A stretch of DNA of 64,000 nt, taken from positions 1,501 to 65,500 of the forward strand of contig JAGWOI010000012.1 in NCBI GenBank assembly GCA_028870995.1. The letters are read 5' to 3'. Shown here one piece after another: positions 48,671 through 59,272 of the stretch. The translations under genes were made by a program, and so were the position numbers. The notes under the pieces were generated by a model. It did no database searches, had not been told where the DNA came from, and was given only the letters and a program-made list of their open reading frames with translations. Positions within the stretch are counted from its first letter, which is position 1. Every line of letters begins with the position of its first letter. Source of the stretch: Candidatus Omnitrophota bacterium (GTDB lineage: Bacteria; Omnitrophota; Gorgyraeia; Zapsychrales; Fredricksoniimonadaceae).

Positions 48671-49831
48671 TTAACAATCTCTTCTTAAAGCCGAAGCCTT
48701 GTCTGTTTTTTCCCAGGAGAATTCGGAACGCCCGAAATGACCGTAGGAAGCGGTCTTCAGATAGAACGGACGGCGCAAGTCCAAGGTGTTGATGATCCCG
48801 CGCGGGGAAAGATCAAAGTGCTTGCGGACCAGGGCCGCCAGGTGCTGCTCGGAGACCTTGCCCGTCCCATAAGTTTCCACCATCAGGGAAACCGGTTGAG
48901 GATGGCCGATGGCATACCCTACCTGCAGCATGCATTTTTGGGCCAGACCTGCGGCCACAATGTTCTTGCAAATGTAACGGGCCATATAGGCAGCGGAACG
49001 GTCAACCTTGGTGGGGTCCTTGCCGGAGAAAGCGCCGCCTCCGTGAGGCACGACACCGCCGTAGGTGTCCACAATGATCTTGCGGCCGGTCACACCGGTG
49101 TCTGATTGGGGGCCGCCGACCACGAATTTACCGGTTTCATTCACATAAAATTTGGTATTCTTGTCGATCAACTTGCCGACAATAGGATGAGCCACGTTCT
49201 TGATGATCTCCTGCTTGGCTTTTTCCGTGATGCGCTTGCCGGTCTTGTCCAGGATCTCCTCGGTATGCTGGCAGGCCAGGACGACAGCGTCAACGCGCAG
49301 CGGTTCATCATCCTCGTATTCAATGGTGACCTGCGATTTACAATCAGGCCCCAGGTATTTCAAAATGCCTTTTTTACGCACCTCTTCGACGCGTTTGACC
49401 AGCCGGTGCGCCAGGGTGATGGCCAGCGGCATCATTTCCGGCGTCTCGTTGCAGGCATAGCCGAACATAATGCCCTGGTCCCCTGCACCGCCTGTATCAA
49501 CCCCCTGGGAAATATCGGGAGACTGCTTGTTGATGGCGTTCAAAATGGAGCAGGTATTGGCATCAAAACCATATTTCGGATGGTTATAGCCGATGTCAAA
49601 AAGGACTTCACGGACCAGTTTATGCACGTCCACATAGGTAGTGGTGCTGATTTCGCCGCCCACAATAACCAGGCCCGTGGAACAAAAAGTTTCGCATGCA
49701 ACGCGGCCTTTGGGATCATCCTTGAACACCGCATCCAACACCGCATCTGAAATTTGATCACACACCTTATCCGGATGCCCCTTGCCGACGGATTCCGAAG
49801 TAAAAAGATAACGCCCTTTCACTAAAACCAC
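48671..49831 (-). CDS. metK: S-adenosylmethionine synthetase
   Basis: FTSESV..GHPDK, GAGDQG and [16 protein letters not shown] motifs. Confidence 0.98.
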   Translation of the reverse strand: MVLVKGRYLFTSESVGKGHPDKVCDQISDAVLDAVFKDDPKGRVACETFCSTGLVIVGGEISTTTYVDVHKLVREVLFDIGYNHPKYGFDANTCSILNAINKQSPDISQGVDTGGAGDQGIMFGYACNETPEMMPLAITLAHRLVKRVEEVRKKGILKYLGPDCKSQVTIEYEDDEPLRVDAVVLACQHTEEILDKTGKRITEKAKQEIIKNVAHPIVGKLIDKNTKFYVNETGKFVVGGPQSDTGVTGRKIIVDTYGGVVPHGGGAFSGKDPTKVDRSAAYMARYICKNIVAAGLAQKCMLQVGYAIGHPQPVSLMVETYGTGKVSEQHLAALVRKHFDLSPRGIINTLDLRRPFYLKTASYGHFGRSEFSWEKTDKASALRRDC

Positions 49832-49902
49832 CTTTCCTTAAAATAGGGCCAACACCCTATTTTGTTGTATACATATTGTTTGTCAAAACAGGGCCGCTTC
49901 CC

Positions 49903-50637
49903 CTATTTTGAGAACGCCCGCCTGGCTTCTTCGAGAGATTCAATACTTCCGATATCATACCATTTTCCTAAAAATTCGAAACCATAAACCGTTTTCTTTT
50001 CAGAAAGCCATTTGATATAACTTCCGGCCGCATCCACAGCCTTGGATTCTTTTAAATATTCCTGCAGGTATTTCAATGCGGCCTTGGGAAAATAATACAG
50101 ACACATGGTGATCAAACTCGACGCGGGTTTTTCCGGTTTTTCCTGAAAACTGACGACTTTTTTGCCGGCATCAATACCCAGAACACCGAATTTCGTGGCG
50201 GCCTTGATATCATGGATATCAAAAATACCGATGGTAACCGCCGGATTTTTGCCGGCTGCAAAATTGACAAACGGCCCCAGATCGCCGTCAAACAGATTGT
50301 CCCCGCCAATGACCATCCAGTCTTGAGGCGCCGCCTCTTTTTGCCAGACAAAATTCATGTCTCCCACCGAACCCAGGCGCTCTTCCGGGGTGTTGGTGCC
50401 GTCATTGACAACGCGGATGGGCAGGCCGCGGCGACTGGCGGCCCATTCCTGGAAATGGGGGGTGAATTTATTGTTGCTGACCACCACGATCTCATCCAAG
50501 GCCTTTATGCCCTGCAATTTATCCACAACATAATCAATGAGGGGTCTGTCCCCTACGGGTATCAAGGGCTTGGGCGTATCTTTTATGACCGAGGCCAGTC
50601 GTGTCCCATACCCGGCTGCTAAAATCAAGGCTTTCAT
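49903..50637 (-). CDS. sugar-phosphate nucleotidyltransferase family protein
   Basis: MKALILAAGYGTRL...PKPL, GGDNLF, EKP and WYDIG; GGAGG SD. Confidence 0.9.
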   Translation of the reverse strand: MKALILAAGYGTRLASVIKDTPKPLIPVGDRPLIDYVVDKLQGIKALDEIVVVSNNKFTPHFQEWAASRRGLPIRVVNDGTNTPEERLGSVGDMNFVWQKEAAPQDWMVIGGDNLFDGDLGPFVNFAAGKNPAVTIGIFDIHDIKAATKFGVLGIDAGKKVVSFQEKPEKPASSLITMCLYYFPKAALKYLQEYLKESKAVDAAGSYIKWLSEKKTVYGFEFLGKWYDIGSIESLEEARRAFSK

Positions 50638-50644
50638 AAACCTC

Positions 50645-52387
50645 CTATACAGGTAAGAATTTACGCAATTGCACGTCGATATACTCTTCCACTTCCTGGC
50701 CTGTGAACAGTTGCATGGCTTCATAGGCGGTGCGCTGGGCGTCCTGCAGCTTCACGCTGCGGATCATGCGCTTGACCCCCAGGATGCTTGCCGCGGACAT
50801 GCTCAACTCATCAATACCCATCCCCACCAGCAAAAAAGCCAGCAAAGGATCGGAGGCCATCTCCCCGCACAAAGCCACATGGATCCCTTCATTATGCCCC
50901 GCATCGATGGTTTTCTGGATCATTTTTAAGACCGCCGGGTGCGTAGGCTCATATAAATGGGCCGTCTTTTCGTTAACGCGGTCGACCGCCAGGGTGTACT
51001 GGATCAGATCATTGGTACCGATCGAAAAAAAGTCGGACTCACGGGCCAGGGCTTCGGCGGTCATCACGGCGGAAGGCACCTCAATCATGATGCCCACCTT
51101 CATCTGCTTGTCAAAGGGAACCTTTTCGTCCCTTAAAGCGGTCTTAACCTCATTAAGGATGCCGTTCGCCTGGCGCAATTCCCCCAAACCACAGATCATG
51201 GGATACATCATCTGTATGCGGCCGTGAACGGAAGCGCGTAGAATGGCCCTCAATTGCGTCTTGAAAATGTCCGGCCGCTCGAGGCAGAAACGGATGGCGC
51301 GGCATCCCAAAAAAGGCGTCATATCATGAGGGATCTGCACGCTGGAAATAAATTTATCGCCTCCCAGATCAAGGGTCCTTATGGTGACCGGGAACGGCGC
51401 CATGGCGCGCGCCACCTCGCTGTAGGCCTTGTACTGTTCCTCTTCGGAAGGCAGGTCCAAACGGTTCATGTATAAAAACTCCGTGCGGTAAAGACCCACC
51501 CCTTCGGCGCCGTACTTGCGCACCACAGGGACTTCGGCGGCCAATTCCAGATTGGCCACGATGCAAACACTCTTACCGTCCAGCGTCTGGGCAGGCAGGT
51601 TCTTCAAATCATCAAGCTTTTCTAAGTTCGCGGTGATCTTGTGCTGTTCCTTGATGTATTGGTCCCTGGTCTCGACCGAAGGGTCGATGATGACCAGACC
51701 CTTTTGGCCGTCCACAATGACCGTGTCCTGATTGTTGATCTTTAAGGTGGCGTCTTTGAGACCAACCACGGCGGGAACCCCTAAGGATTTGGCGATGATG
51801 GCGGTATGGGATGTCCTGCCGCCGATATCCGTCAAAAAGCCCTTGATCTTTTTATTATACATGCTGACGGCATCCGATGGGGACAACTCGTGCGCAACTA
51901 CGATGAGGTCGTCCTGCAGACTGTCCAGATCGTGCAGCTTGCTCTCATCCATCAGGTATTTCAAGACCCGGCGGCTGATGTCGCTGACGTCCGCGGCACG
52001 TTCGCGCAAATATTCGTCCGGAAGTTTGGTAAAGGCTTCGACGAATTTCTTGATGATCTTGACAAAAATGTATTCGGCGGCCAGCTTGTTCTTCTTGATC
52101 CCTGCGGTCACCTCATCGATAAGCGTGGCATCCTGCAGGACAAGCAGGTGAGCATCGAAAATCTTCGCGTGGGCCACACCCATATCCTTGGTGATCTTGG
52201 TTTTCAGCGCCTGGATCTCATGGCGGGCATTATTGACAGCCTCTTCGAAGCGGGCGATTTCCGAATTGATTTCAGAATGAGCGATGGCGCGCTTGGGTAC
52301 AATGAATTCACCCTTGTCCAGGATGAAGGACGGACCGTAAGCAATGCCGGGTGCGGCAGGGACGCCTTTTAAAACGATTTCACTCAT
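50645..52387 (-). CDS. ptsI: PTS enzyme I (PEP-protein phosphotransferase)
   Basis: GGRTSHTAI, GLYRTEF, RTLDLGGDK, SIGTNDL.QY and CGEMA motifs. Confidence 0.97.
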   Translation of the reverse strand: MSEIVLKGVPAAPGIAYGPSFILDKGEFIVPKRAIAHSEINSEIARFEEAVNNARHEIQALKTKITKDMGVAHAKIFDAHLLVLQDATLIDEVTAGIKKNKLAAEYIFVKIIKKFVEAFTKLPDEYLRERAADVSDISRRVLKYLMDESKLHDLDSLQDDLIVVAHELSPSDAVSMYNKKIKGFLTDIGGRTSHTAIIAKSLGVPAVVGLKDATLKINNQDTVIVDGQKGLVIIDPSVETRDQYIKEQHKITANLEKLDDLKNLPAQTLDGKSVCIVANLELAAEVPVVRKYGAEGVGLYRTEFLYMNRLDLPSEEEQYKAYSEVARAMAPFPVTIRTLDLGGDKFISSVQIPHDMTPFLGCRAIRFCLERPDIFKTQLRAILRASVHGRIQMMYPMICGLGELRQANGILNEVKTALRDEKVPFDKQMKVGIMIEVPSAVMTAEALARESDFFSIGTNDLIQYTLAVDRVNEKTAHLYEPTHPAVLKMIQKTIDAGHNEGIHVALCGEMASDPLLAFLLVGMGIDELSMSAASILGVKRMIRSVKLQDAQRTAYEAMQLFTGQEVEEYIDVQLRKFLPV

Positions 52388-52662
52388 GTGGGCAAATCTT
52401 CGTCTTGTTTTTTAAAGAATTCTTCAAACTCGCGCATGGCCTCAAAAGCCTTGTCCCCTTCCAGCGACAGCTTTAAAACCGTCCCTTCGACCGCGCCCAG
52501 CATCAAAAGGTTCATGATCGACTTGCCGTTGACGGTTTCGGCCCCCTTGGACACCGTCACGGCGACGCCAAACTTATCGGCCAGGCTGACGAATACCGCC
52601 GCCGGACGGGCATGCAGCCCCTTCTTATTGATCACCGTTAATTCTTTTTCGATTTTCTCCAT
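52384..52662 (-). CDS. ptsH: phosphocarrier protein HPr
   Basis: GLHARPAA (His15) and NGKSIMNL (Ser46). Confidence 0.95.
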   Translation of the reverse strand: MEKIEKELTVINKKGLHARPAAVFVSLADKFGVAVTVSKGAETVNGKSIMNLLMLGAVEGTVLKLSLEGDKAFEAMREFEEFFKKQDEDLPT

Positions 52663-52667
52663 ATAAA

Positions 52668-53912
52668 TCATCTTTTGATGACCCTTTGGGTCTCGATCAA
52701 CCGGATAAGTGCCTGGGTGAGCTTTTTCGAATCATGGCGTACGTAATCGGCAACACTTAAAAGGTCTGTCGCCACCACCTTGATGCCCATGGCCTTGATG
52801 CGTTCGCTGTCGGCAGCTACCGGATAGGCATTCTCCTGACGGTAACGGTTCAAGGCCTCTTCATTACTGACCACCGCGTCGTTGATCAGGCAGGCATCCA
52901 CGATCTTGGGGTTACTATGCTCCAGCAGGACGCGCAGATGGTCCGAAGCGGAAAAATTATCCGTCTCCCCCTGTTGAGTCATCACATTGCAGACATAGAT
53001 CTTATAGGCTTTCGAAGCTGCCAGCGCCTCGCCCATGCCTCTGATGATCAGGTTGGGCAGGATGCTGGTATATAAGCTTCCCGGCCCCATGACGATAATG
53101 TCCGCCTGGTCAATGGCGGTCAATGCATCATCGGTGGGCTTGGCATCATCCGGTGTCAAGAATAAGCGCTTGATCACCGCATTGACCTGGGGGATCTTGG
53201 CTTCGCCCTTGGTAATGCTGCCGTCCATATATTCGGCCACCAAATGCACATTGTGCACGGTGGAAGGGATGACCTTACCACGCACCGCCAGGACCTTGCT
53301 GGACTCCTCCACCGCCCTTTTAAAATCGCCGTTGGTGATCTGCACCATGGCGGTCAAAAATAAATTCCCGAAGCTATGGCCTTTAAGGCCGGCGCCCTCC
53401 TCAAATCGGTACTGAAAAAGCTCCCCCATCAACGCCGGGGTGTCGGCCAGGGCCACCAGGCAGTTGCGGATGTCGCCGGGTGCCACGATGTTGAACTGTT
53501 GGCGCAAAAGGCCTGAAGAGCCGCCGCTGTCGGCCACCGTCACAATGGCGGTCAAATTGGCGGTATATTCCTTCAAGCCCAAAAGCAAATGCGATAAGCC
53601 ATGGCCTCCGCCAATGGCCACCACCTTGGGCCCGCGCTCCAAATAACGGCGCTGATAAAGGATGTCAACGATGTCACGCTCCCGCTGGGGCAAAAACAGC
53701 GTCAGGAGCGAAATGATCAATTTTCCAATGCTCAGCACAATGAACATGATACCGCAAAGTATCATGACAACGCCCATCGCGCTGACAAAGGCGTATGGAG
53801 AAGAGGCGAAAGCCGACCCTACACCAACGATGATGACGCCAAATAACAGGGAAAAAACCCAGCGTTTGACCTTAATGCCCGGGTAAAGCCATTTGAAAAA
53901 ATTTTGAGACAT
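52668..53912 (-). CDS. YvcK/GlmR-family (CofD-like) protein with N-terminal TMs
   Basis: W.YPG..VKRW N-terminus, GGGHGLS, ADSGGSSG, PGDIRNC and GPGSLYTS. Confidence 0.92.
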   Translation of the reverse strand: MSQNFFKWLYPGIKVKRWVFSLLFGVIIVGVGSAFASSPYAFVSAMGVVMILCGIMFIVLSIGKLIISLLTLFLPQRERDIVDILYQRRYLERGPKVVAIGGGHGLSHLLLGLKEYTANLTAIVTVADSGGSSGLLRQQFNIVAPGDIRNCLVALADTPALMGELFQYRFEEGAGLKGHSFGNLFLTAMVQITNGDFKRAVEESSKVLAVRGKVIPSTVHNVHLVAEYMDGSITKGEAKIPQVNAVIKRLFLTPDDAKPTDDALTAIDQADIIVMGPGSLYTSILPNLIIRGMGEALAASKAYKIYVCNVMTQQGETDNFSASDHLRVLLEHSNPKIVDACLINDAVVSNEEALNRYRQENAYPVAADSERIKAMGIKVVATDLLSVADYVRHDSKKLTQALIRLIETQRVIKR

Positions 53913-53924
53913 GACGAACGTCTG

Positions 53925-54395
53925 TCAGCCAATGCGAGAATCTTCCTGCGCAACCAGGTCCATGACTTCTTTGGCTGTCTTGGTGTTTTTGAGGCTGTCG
54001 CGGAAAAATTTGTCCTTCAACAGGCGTGAGACCCTTGCCAGAGCCTTTAAATGAGGGCCGGCGGAATCGGCGGGTGCTATCAAAAGAAAGAAGATGTGCG
54101 CCGGTTCTCCGTCGAGCGAATCGAAATTGACGCCTTTTTTGCTTATCCCCAAGGCTGAGGTCAACTCGCCGACCGTATCTGATTTGGTGTGAGGGATGGC
54201 GATCCCCTGGCCGATGGCCGTGGATCCAAGGGCCTCGCGGGCCATCAAACCCTCAACTATTTTGTTCTTATGCTTTTTTTCAATGATCCCGTTATCGACC
54301 AGGATCCCTACCATTTCCAAAATGACATCAGCCTTTGTTTCGGACTTCAAGTCGGTGCACACTGCTTCCTTACGTAAAAAATCGCTGATTTTCAT
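53925..54395 (-). CDS. ptsN: PTS EIIA (Ntr/fructose-type)
   Basis: RE.LGSTAIGQGIAIPH, FDSLDGEP and HLKALA. ATG 54395 chosen because the longer ORF starts inside a tRNA. Confidence 0.88.
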   Translation of the reverse strand: MKISDFLRKEAVCTDLKSETKADVILEMVGILVDNGIIEKKHKNKIVEGLMAREALGSTAIGQGIAIPHTKSDTVGELTSALGISKKGVNFDSLDGEPAHIFFLLIAPADSAGPHLKALARVSRLLKDKFFRDSLKNTKTAKEVMDLVAQEDSRIG

Positions 54396-54419
54396 GCTGT
54401 CTCCGAACTTTAGAAAAAT

Positions 54420-54495
54420 TGGAGCGGCGGACCGGGTTTGAACCGGTGACATCCACCTTGGCAAGGTGGCATTCTACCAACTGAATTACCGCCGC
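54420..54495 (-). tRNA. tRNA-Gly(GCC)
   Basis: GCGGCGG...TTGCCAA...GGTTCAAACCC...CCGCCGCTCCA. Confidence 0.96.
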
Positions 54496-54527
54496 ATATT
54501 ATTTCAATTATAACAGAACTTCTAAAG

Positions 54528-54608
54528 TGGGCGGGAGAGGACTTGAACCTCCACGGGTTTCCCCACATGCTCCTAAGGCATGCGCGTCTGCCATTCCGCC
54601 ACCCGCCC
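54528..54608 (-). tRNA. tRNA-Leu(TAG)
   Basis: GGGCGGG acceptor, CTTAGGA loop, long variable arm and GGTTCAAGTCC; CCA not encoded. Confidence 0.95.
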
Positions 54609-54638
54609 ATTAACGGGCGGTTGTCACTCTTTTAAAAA

Positions 54639-54714
54639 TGGTGACCCACCCGCGACTCGAACGCGGTACCCCAACATTAAAAGTGTTGTGCTCTGCCAGA
54701 TGAGCTAGTGGGTC
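54639..54714 (-). tRNA. tRNA-Lys(TTT)
   Basis: GACCCAC...CTTTTAA...GTTCGAGTC...GTGGGTCACCA. Confidence 0.95.
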
Positions 54715-54733
54715 TTCCCTCAAAAGGGAAATT

Positions 54734-55294
54734 TTAGACTTCTCGTAATTCTTTGCTTTTGCGCTCCAGCAAAGCATCTATCTCTTTGATGAAGCGATCG
54801 GTCATCTTCTGCACTTCTTCCTCGCCCTTGAACTTGTCGTCCTCGCTGACATGACCTTCGCTTAACATCTTTTTGATCTTATCGTTGGCATCGCGGCGGA
54901 TGGTACGCAGCGTAACGCGCCCGCGCTCTGCCATGTCCTTGCATACTTTAATAAATTCTTCCCGGCGTTCCGTAGACAACGGCGGAAAAACCAGGCGGAT
55001 CAACTTGCCGTCATTGGAGGGCGTTATCCCCAGCCTGGAGTTTTGAATAGCCTCTTCAATATCCTTGATGGCGTTGGCGTCCCACGGCTGGATCAATATC
55101 TGACGCGGATCCGGCGATGACACCGCCGCCAGCTGCTTGATGGGGGTCGATGTTTCATAATAATTGATATGCATGTCTTCGATCAATGCCGGCTGGGCCC
55201 TCCCGGTGCGCACTTCGGAAAATTCGCGCAGGGTGGTCTCCATCGTCTTCTTCATCTTGCCTTCGGTCTCTCTTAAAATTTCTTTGGCGGTCAT
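54734..55294 (-). CDS. frr: ribosome recycling factor
   Basis: VRTGRA, IQPWD, P.NDG..IRL.FPPL..ERR and IRRDAN motifs. Confidence 0.97.
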   Translation of the reverse strand: MTAKEILRETEGKMKKTMETTLREFSEVRTGRAQPALIEDMHINYYETSTPIKQLAAVSSPDPRQILIQPWDANAIKDIEEAIQNSRLGITPSNDGKLIRLVFPPLSTERREEFIKVCKDMAERGRVTLRTIRRDANDKIKKMLSEGHVSEDDKFKGEEEVQKMTDRFIKEIDALLERKSKELREV

Positions 55295-55303
55295 ATGAGC
55301 CTC

Positions 55304-56023
55304 CTACCGGACGATCGTGCCTATCTCTTCTCCGAAAATGACTTTCTTGATGTTCCCCTTTTGCAAAAGATCAAATACGATAATGGGGAGACTGTTGTCC
55401 ATGCACATGCTGATGGCGGTGGCATCCATCACCTTCAAATCTTTCTTCAAGACATCGATAAATTTGAGGCTCTTGAACTTCTTGGCGTCCTTGTGCTTGA
55501 CCGGGTCCGCCGAATAAACACCATCGACCTTGGTGGCCTTCATGATCACATCGCAGCCGATCTCTGTGGCCCGCAAGGACGCGGCTGTGTCCGTGGTGAA
55601 ATAAGGATTGCCCGTCCCAGCCACAAAAATGATCACGCGCCTTTTTTCAAGATGGCGGATGGCACGGCGCAAAATATAGGGTTCGGCAATGGCATGCATT
55701 TGGATGGCCGTCATCACCCTGGTCTGGACCCCGATCTGCTCCAGGGCGTTCTGCAAGGCTAGGCCGTTCATGACCGTGGCCAACATGCCCATGTAATCCG
55801 CCACCGAACGGTCGAGCCCAAAACGCTCGGTTTCCAGGCGCCCCCGAAAAATATTGCCGCCGCCGACAACCAGGGCCATTTGAACGCCGGCCTCATGCAC
55901 TTCCTTGATCTGGCCCGCCAGAGAAGCGCACATGTCCGCGTCGATGCCGTGCTGCTGGCGCCCCAATAAAGCCTCGCCGCTTATTTTAAGCAATACTCTT
56001 TTATAAACAGGCCCTTTTTTCAA
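55304..56023 (-). CDS. pyrH: UMP kinase
   Basis: [27 protein letters not shown] and VMDATA motifs. Confidence 0.98.
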   Translation of the reverse strand: MKKGPVYKRVLLKISGEALLGRQQHGIDADMCASLAGQIKEVHEAGVQMALVVGGGNIFRGRLETERFGLDRSVADYMGMLATVMNGLALQNALEQIGVQTRVMTAIQMHAIAEPYILRRAIRHLEKRRVIIFVAGTGNPYFTTDTAASLRATEIGCDVIMKATKVDGVYSADPVKHKDAKKFKSLKFIDVLKKDLKVMDATAISMCMDNSLPIIVFDLLQKGNIKKVIFGEEIGTIVR

Positions 56024-56025
56024 AA

Positions 56026-56553
56026 CTATTCCCCGACTTTAAAACGCACAAAGCGGCCAACCACGATATTTTCACCGATCTTGGCCACCAGTTCGTTCAA
56101 CAAATCCTGAATACTCTTACCCGGGTCTTTGACATAAGCCTGGGACAAAAGGCAATGGGCTTTGATGTAAGCATCCTTATCGTGCTCCTTGCCCAAGATC
56201 TCCGCCGGCACGTCTTCCTTCCTAATATATTTAGGGTTCATGGCCGCGATGTGCAGGGCCAGATCTCGGGTAAATTGGCAAAAGTCCTCGTTACGGGCCA
56301 CGAAATCGGTCTCGCAATTGACTTCGATAACGACACCGATCTTATTGCCGTTATGGATATACGCTTCAACCCGGCCTTCCTTCGCCGCACGGTCACCCTT
56401 TTTGGCCGCCATCTCAAGGCCGCGTTTACGTAACAGCTCCTTGGCCTTGGCAAAATCACCCTTGGCCTCTTCCAGGGCCTTTTTACAATCGATAACGCCG
56501 CAGGAAGTCTCTTCCCTCAAGCGCTTAATATCGTCCGCTGTTGTCATCATCAT
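56026..56553 (-). CDS. tsf: elongation factor Ts (short form)
   Basis: LREET...[16 protein letters not shown] and IGENI.V.RF motifs. Confidence 0.96.
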   Translation of the reverse strand: MMMTTADDIKRLREETSCGVIDCKKALEEAKGDFAKAKELLRKRGLEMAAKKGDRAAKEGRVEAYIHNGNKIGVVIEVNCETDFVARNEDFCQFTRDLALHIAAMNPKYIRKEDVPAEILGKEHDKDAYIKAHCLLSQAYVKDPGKSIQDLLNELVAKIGENIVVGRFVRFKVGE

Positions 56554-57290
56554 TATACCGTCACTTCCTGTTTTTGAGCTTCCTGTTGGACCTTTTTGCC
56601 TGCTGCATATTCTTTCTGGCCTTCCATCACGCTGTCCACCATCAGGCTGGTGATGAATTTGATGGATTTAACGGCATCATCGTTGCCGGGTATAGGATAT
56701 TGGACCAAATCAGGATCGGAATTGGTGTCGATCAGGCCGAACACCGGGATACCCAAACGGTTGGCCTCGGCCACCGCGATCTCTTCCTTCTTGGTATCCA
56801 CAATAAAAATACCTTGAGGGATGACACCCATCTCGCGGATACCGCCCAAATCGCGGATCAGGCGCTCTTTTTCTTTCATTAATAAAGAAGCTTCCTTCTT
56901 GGTAAGACGGTCGATGGTTCCGTTGACTTCCATTTTCTCGATATCGACCAGCTTACGCACGGATCTTTTAACGGTCTCCAGATTGGTCAACAGACCGCCC
57001 ATCCAGCGGTTCTTCACATAGAACATGCCGCAGCGCTGGGCCTCTTCTTCAATGACCTGCTGGGCCTGTTTCTTGGTGCCTACAAAAAGGATTTTGCCGC
57101 CCTTGGAGGCGATATCGCGGATGGCGTCGCGGGCCGCGTTCAAGCGCTCCACGGTCTTTTCCAGGTCAATGATGTAAATGCCGCCCCGTTCACCGAAAAT
57201 GAACCTTTTCATCTTGGGGTTCCAACGGCGGCTCTGGTGGCCGAAATGGACACCGGCTTCCAACAATTTCTTGATCAATTCTGTTGCCAT
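56553..57290 (-). CDS. rpsB: 30S ribosomal protein S2
   Basis: LLEAGVHFGH, WNPKM, RWMGGLLTN, DTNSDP and PGNDDA motifs. Confidence 0.98.
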   Translation of the reverse strand: MATELIKKLLEAGVHFGHQSRRWNPKMKRFIFGERGGIYIIDLEKTVERLNAARDAIRDIASKGGKILFVGTKKQAQQVIEEEAQRCGMFYVKNRWMGGLLTNLETVKRSVRKLVDIEKMEVNGTIDRLTKKEASLLMKEKERLIRDLGGIREMGVIPQGIFIVDTKKEEIAVAEANRLGIPVFGLIDTNSDPDLVQYPIPGNDDAVKSIKFITSLMVDSVMEGQKEYAAGKKVQQEAQKQEVTV

Positions 57291-57415
57291 AAGTGATGCA
57301 TCCTCTCTTGTTGTTTCCGCCGGCAGACTATGGAACAATCAGGTCAAGGCGGAACTTTTGGGTTAAAGCCTGCCTTTGGGTTTAGCCTCATGCCCCCCAA
57401 AGGCGGCCAAAATTG
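57291..57415 (-). promoter_or_regulatory. structured rpsB 5' leader (possible S2 autoregulatory element)
   Basis: Hairpins gcctttggg...cccaaaggc (enclosing GAGGCTAAACCC) and ttccgcc...ggcggaa before the SD. Confidence 0.45.
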
Positions 57416-57422
57416 AACCTCT

Positions 57423-57451
57423 ACTATAAACAAAGACAACTACTTTTGCAA
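57423..57451 (-). promoter_or_regulatory. sigma70 promoter of rpsB-tsf-pyrH-frr
   Basis: TTGCAA-17 nt-TATAGT. Confidence 0.65.
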
Positions 57452-57465
57452 TAGATTTTTAAGAC

Positions 57466-59262
57466 TTAAACCGTGCGGAATTGGGTTTCGTAAAGCCTGC
57501 GGTACAAGGGGCAGGAGAACAACAAATCATCGTGTTTGCCGATCCCTACGATCTTGCCGTGTTCCAATACCACAATTTTATCCGCCTTCATGATGGTGGA
57601 CAGCCGGTGCGCGATGGCAATGACCGTTCGCCCCACCATCAATTTATCCAGGGCTTCCTGGACATATTTTTCCGATTCCGAATCCAGCTGGGAGGTGGCT
57701 TCGTCCAGGATGAGGATCGGAGGGTTCTTCAAAATGGCCCGCGCGATGGTCAGGCGCTGCTTCTCCCCTCCGGAAAGCCTGAAGCCGCGGTCACCGATGA
57801 CCGTATCAAAACCTTTGGGCATTTTCGCGATAAACGGGGCGGCGAAAGCCATTTCCGCAGCCTGCTCGACCCTTTCCGGGGGCACATCAAAGGTACCGTA
57901 GGCGATATTGTTTTTGACCGAATCATTGAAAAGAATGGCTTCCTGGGTCACGATCCCCACCTGGCCCCGCAACGATTTAAAAGAGATATCCTTGACATCA
58001 ACGCCGTCAAATAAAATACGGCCCTTGGTCACATCATAAAAACGGGGAATCAGATTGACAAGGGTTGACTTGCCTGAACCGGTTGGGCCAACGACAGCCA
58101 CCAGCTCCCCCTTTTTAATGTTCAAATTGATCTCCTGCAGCACTTCGCCCGAGGCCGCCTCGTAATGAAAATTAATATTTTCAATACTGATCTTGTCTTT
58201 AAAGATGTCCGCCTCAACAGCATCCTGTTTCTCAACCACCGTAGGTTTGGTCTCCAGCACATCATAAATACGAATATTGGCGACCAGGGCCGCTTGAATA
58301 ATGGTCACCACGTTGGCTATGCGTTTGACCGGCCGTATGACCTGGGTGATCGCGACCAGCGAAAGAGCAAAGATACCGAAGGACAATTGGCCGCGCAGCA
58401 CATCGATCCCCAGGATCCAAAGAGCTATCACCGTACAGATCGCCCCCGCTTCCTCGGTAATGGGCCCCATCATGTTCTGGTTGATGAAATTCTTCATGCG
58501 AAGGCGGTAATAGTCGAGGCTCTGTTGACGAAAACGCTGGATCTCATATTTTTCCGTGCAGAAAGCCTTGAGGATGCGCACACCCGATATGGTCTCCAGC
58601 AGGTGAGAATTGATGTCCGCCATTTTTTCCTGAGTGTTCCTGGCGATCTTCCGCAGCTTTTTATTGATCAAGGCCATAGGAATGCCGATCAGGGGGAATA
58701 ATATAAAAACGATCAGGGTCCCTTTGGTATTCACGACAAGGGACATGCCCAAAAAGACTATCATCAGGATGGGCTGCTTGACGATATCAGTCACCGCATA
58801 GGAGACGGCGTTTTCAATGGTGCCGACATCATTGGTGATGCGGGAAACCAGCTCGCCGGTGCGTTTGCGGCTGAAAAAATCCAAAGACAAGGTCTGCATG
58901 CGTTCGAAAAGCTTGGTGCGCACATCCCGCATGACGCCCTGGGCGATATCATTCATGAAATAATCGCTAAAAAACAAAACCACCTGTTTAAGGGTAAAGA
59001 GCCCCAGGAAAATCGCCGGTATCATCCAGAACAAGGTATAGTTGTCGGTGTTGTTTAGATTTTGAATGATCTGTGTCAGAAAATGCGGAATTTTATTATG
59101 GATAACGATGGGCTTATTTTCAAAAATACGGTCGATGACAGGAGCAATGAACGAAAATTGAATCCCTTCAAACAGCGAAGAAAGGATAATGAAGAAAATC
59201 GCAACACCCAAACGCTTTTCGAAGCCTTTAAGGAACCTCAGTAATTTCAAATAATTTTGCAT
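57466..59262 (-). CDS. msbA: MsbA-like lipid A export ABC transporter (TMD+NBD)
   Basis: TM domain, GPTGSGKST, LSGGEKQR, ILDEATS and IAHRLST; adjacent to lpxB. Confidence 0.85.
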   Translation of the reverse strand: MQNYLKLLRFLKGFEKRLGVAIFFIILSSLFEGIQFSFIAPVIDRIFENKPIVIHNKIPHFLTQIIQNLNNTDNYTLFWMIPAIFLGLFTLKQVVLFFSDYFMNDIAQGVMRDVRTKLFERMQTLSLDFFSRKRTGELVSRITNDVGTIENAVSYAVTDIVKQPILMIVFLGMSLVVNTKGTLIVFILFPLIGIPMALINKKLRKIARNTQEKMADINSHLLETISGVRILKAFCTEKYEIQRFRQQSLDYYRLRMKNFINQNMMGPITEEAGAICTVIALWILGIDVLRGQLSFGIFALSLVAITQVIRPVKRIANVVTIIQAALVANIRIYDVLETKPTVVEKQDAVEADIFKDKISIENINFHYEAASGEVLQEINLNIKKGELVAVVGPTGSGKSTLVNLIPRFYDVTKGRILFDGVDVKDISFKSLRGQVGIVTQEAILFNDSVKNNIAYGTFDVPPERVEQAAEMAFAAPFIAKMPKGFDTVIGDRGFRLSGGEKQRLTIARAILKNPPILILDEATSQLDSESEKYVQEALDKLMVGRTVIAIAHRLSTIMKADKIVVLEHGKIVGIGKHDDLLFSCPLYRRLYETQFRTV

Positions 59263-59272
59263 AGGATTTCGT

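Noticed and set aside
49832-49902. Possible SAM riboswitch before metK
   Set aside because: The gap is only 71 nt, with a simple 9-bp hairpin (49840-49863) and no recognisable SAM aptamer.
54410-54610. 66-aa ORF and the ptsN extension to 54464
   Set aside because: These are translations of tRNA genes.
54603-54620. Leader sequence complementary to the tRNA-Leu 5' acceptor strand
   Set aside because: Only 6-7 bp; could be chance or a routine processing structure.
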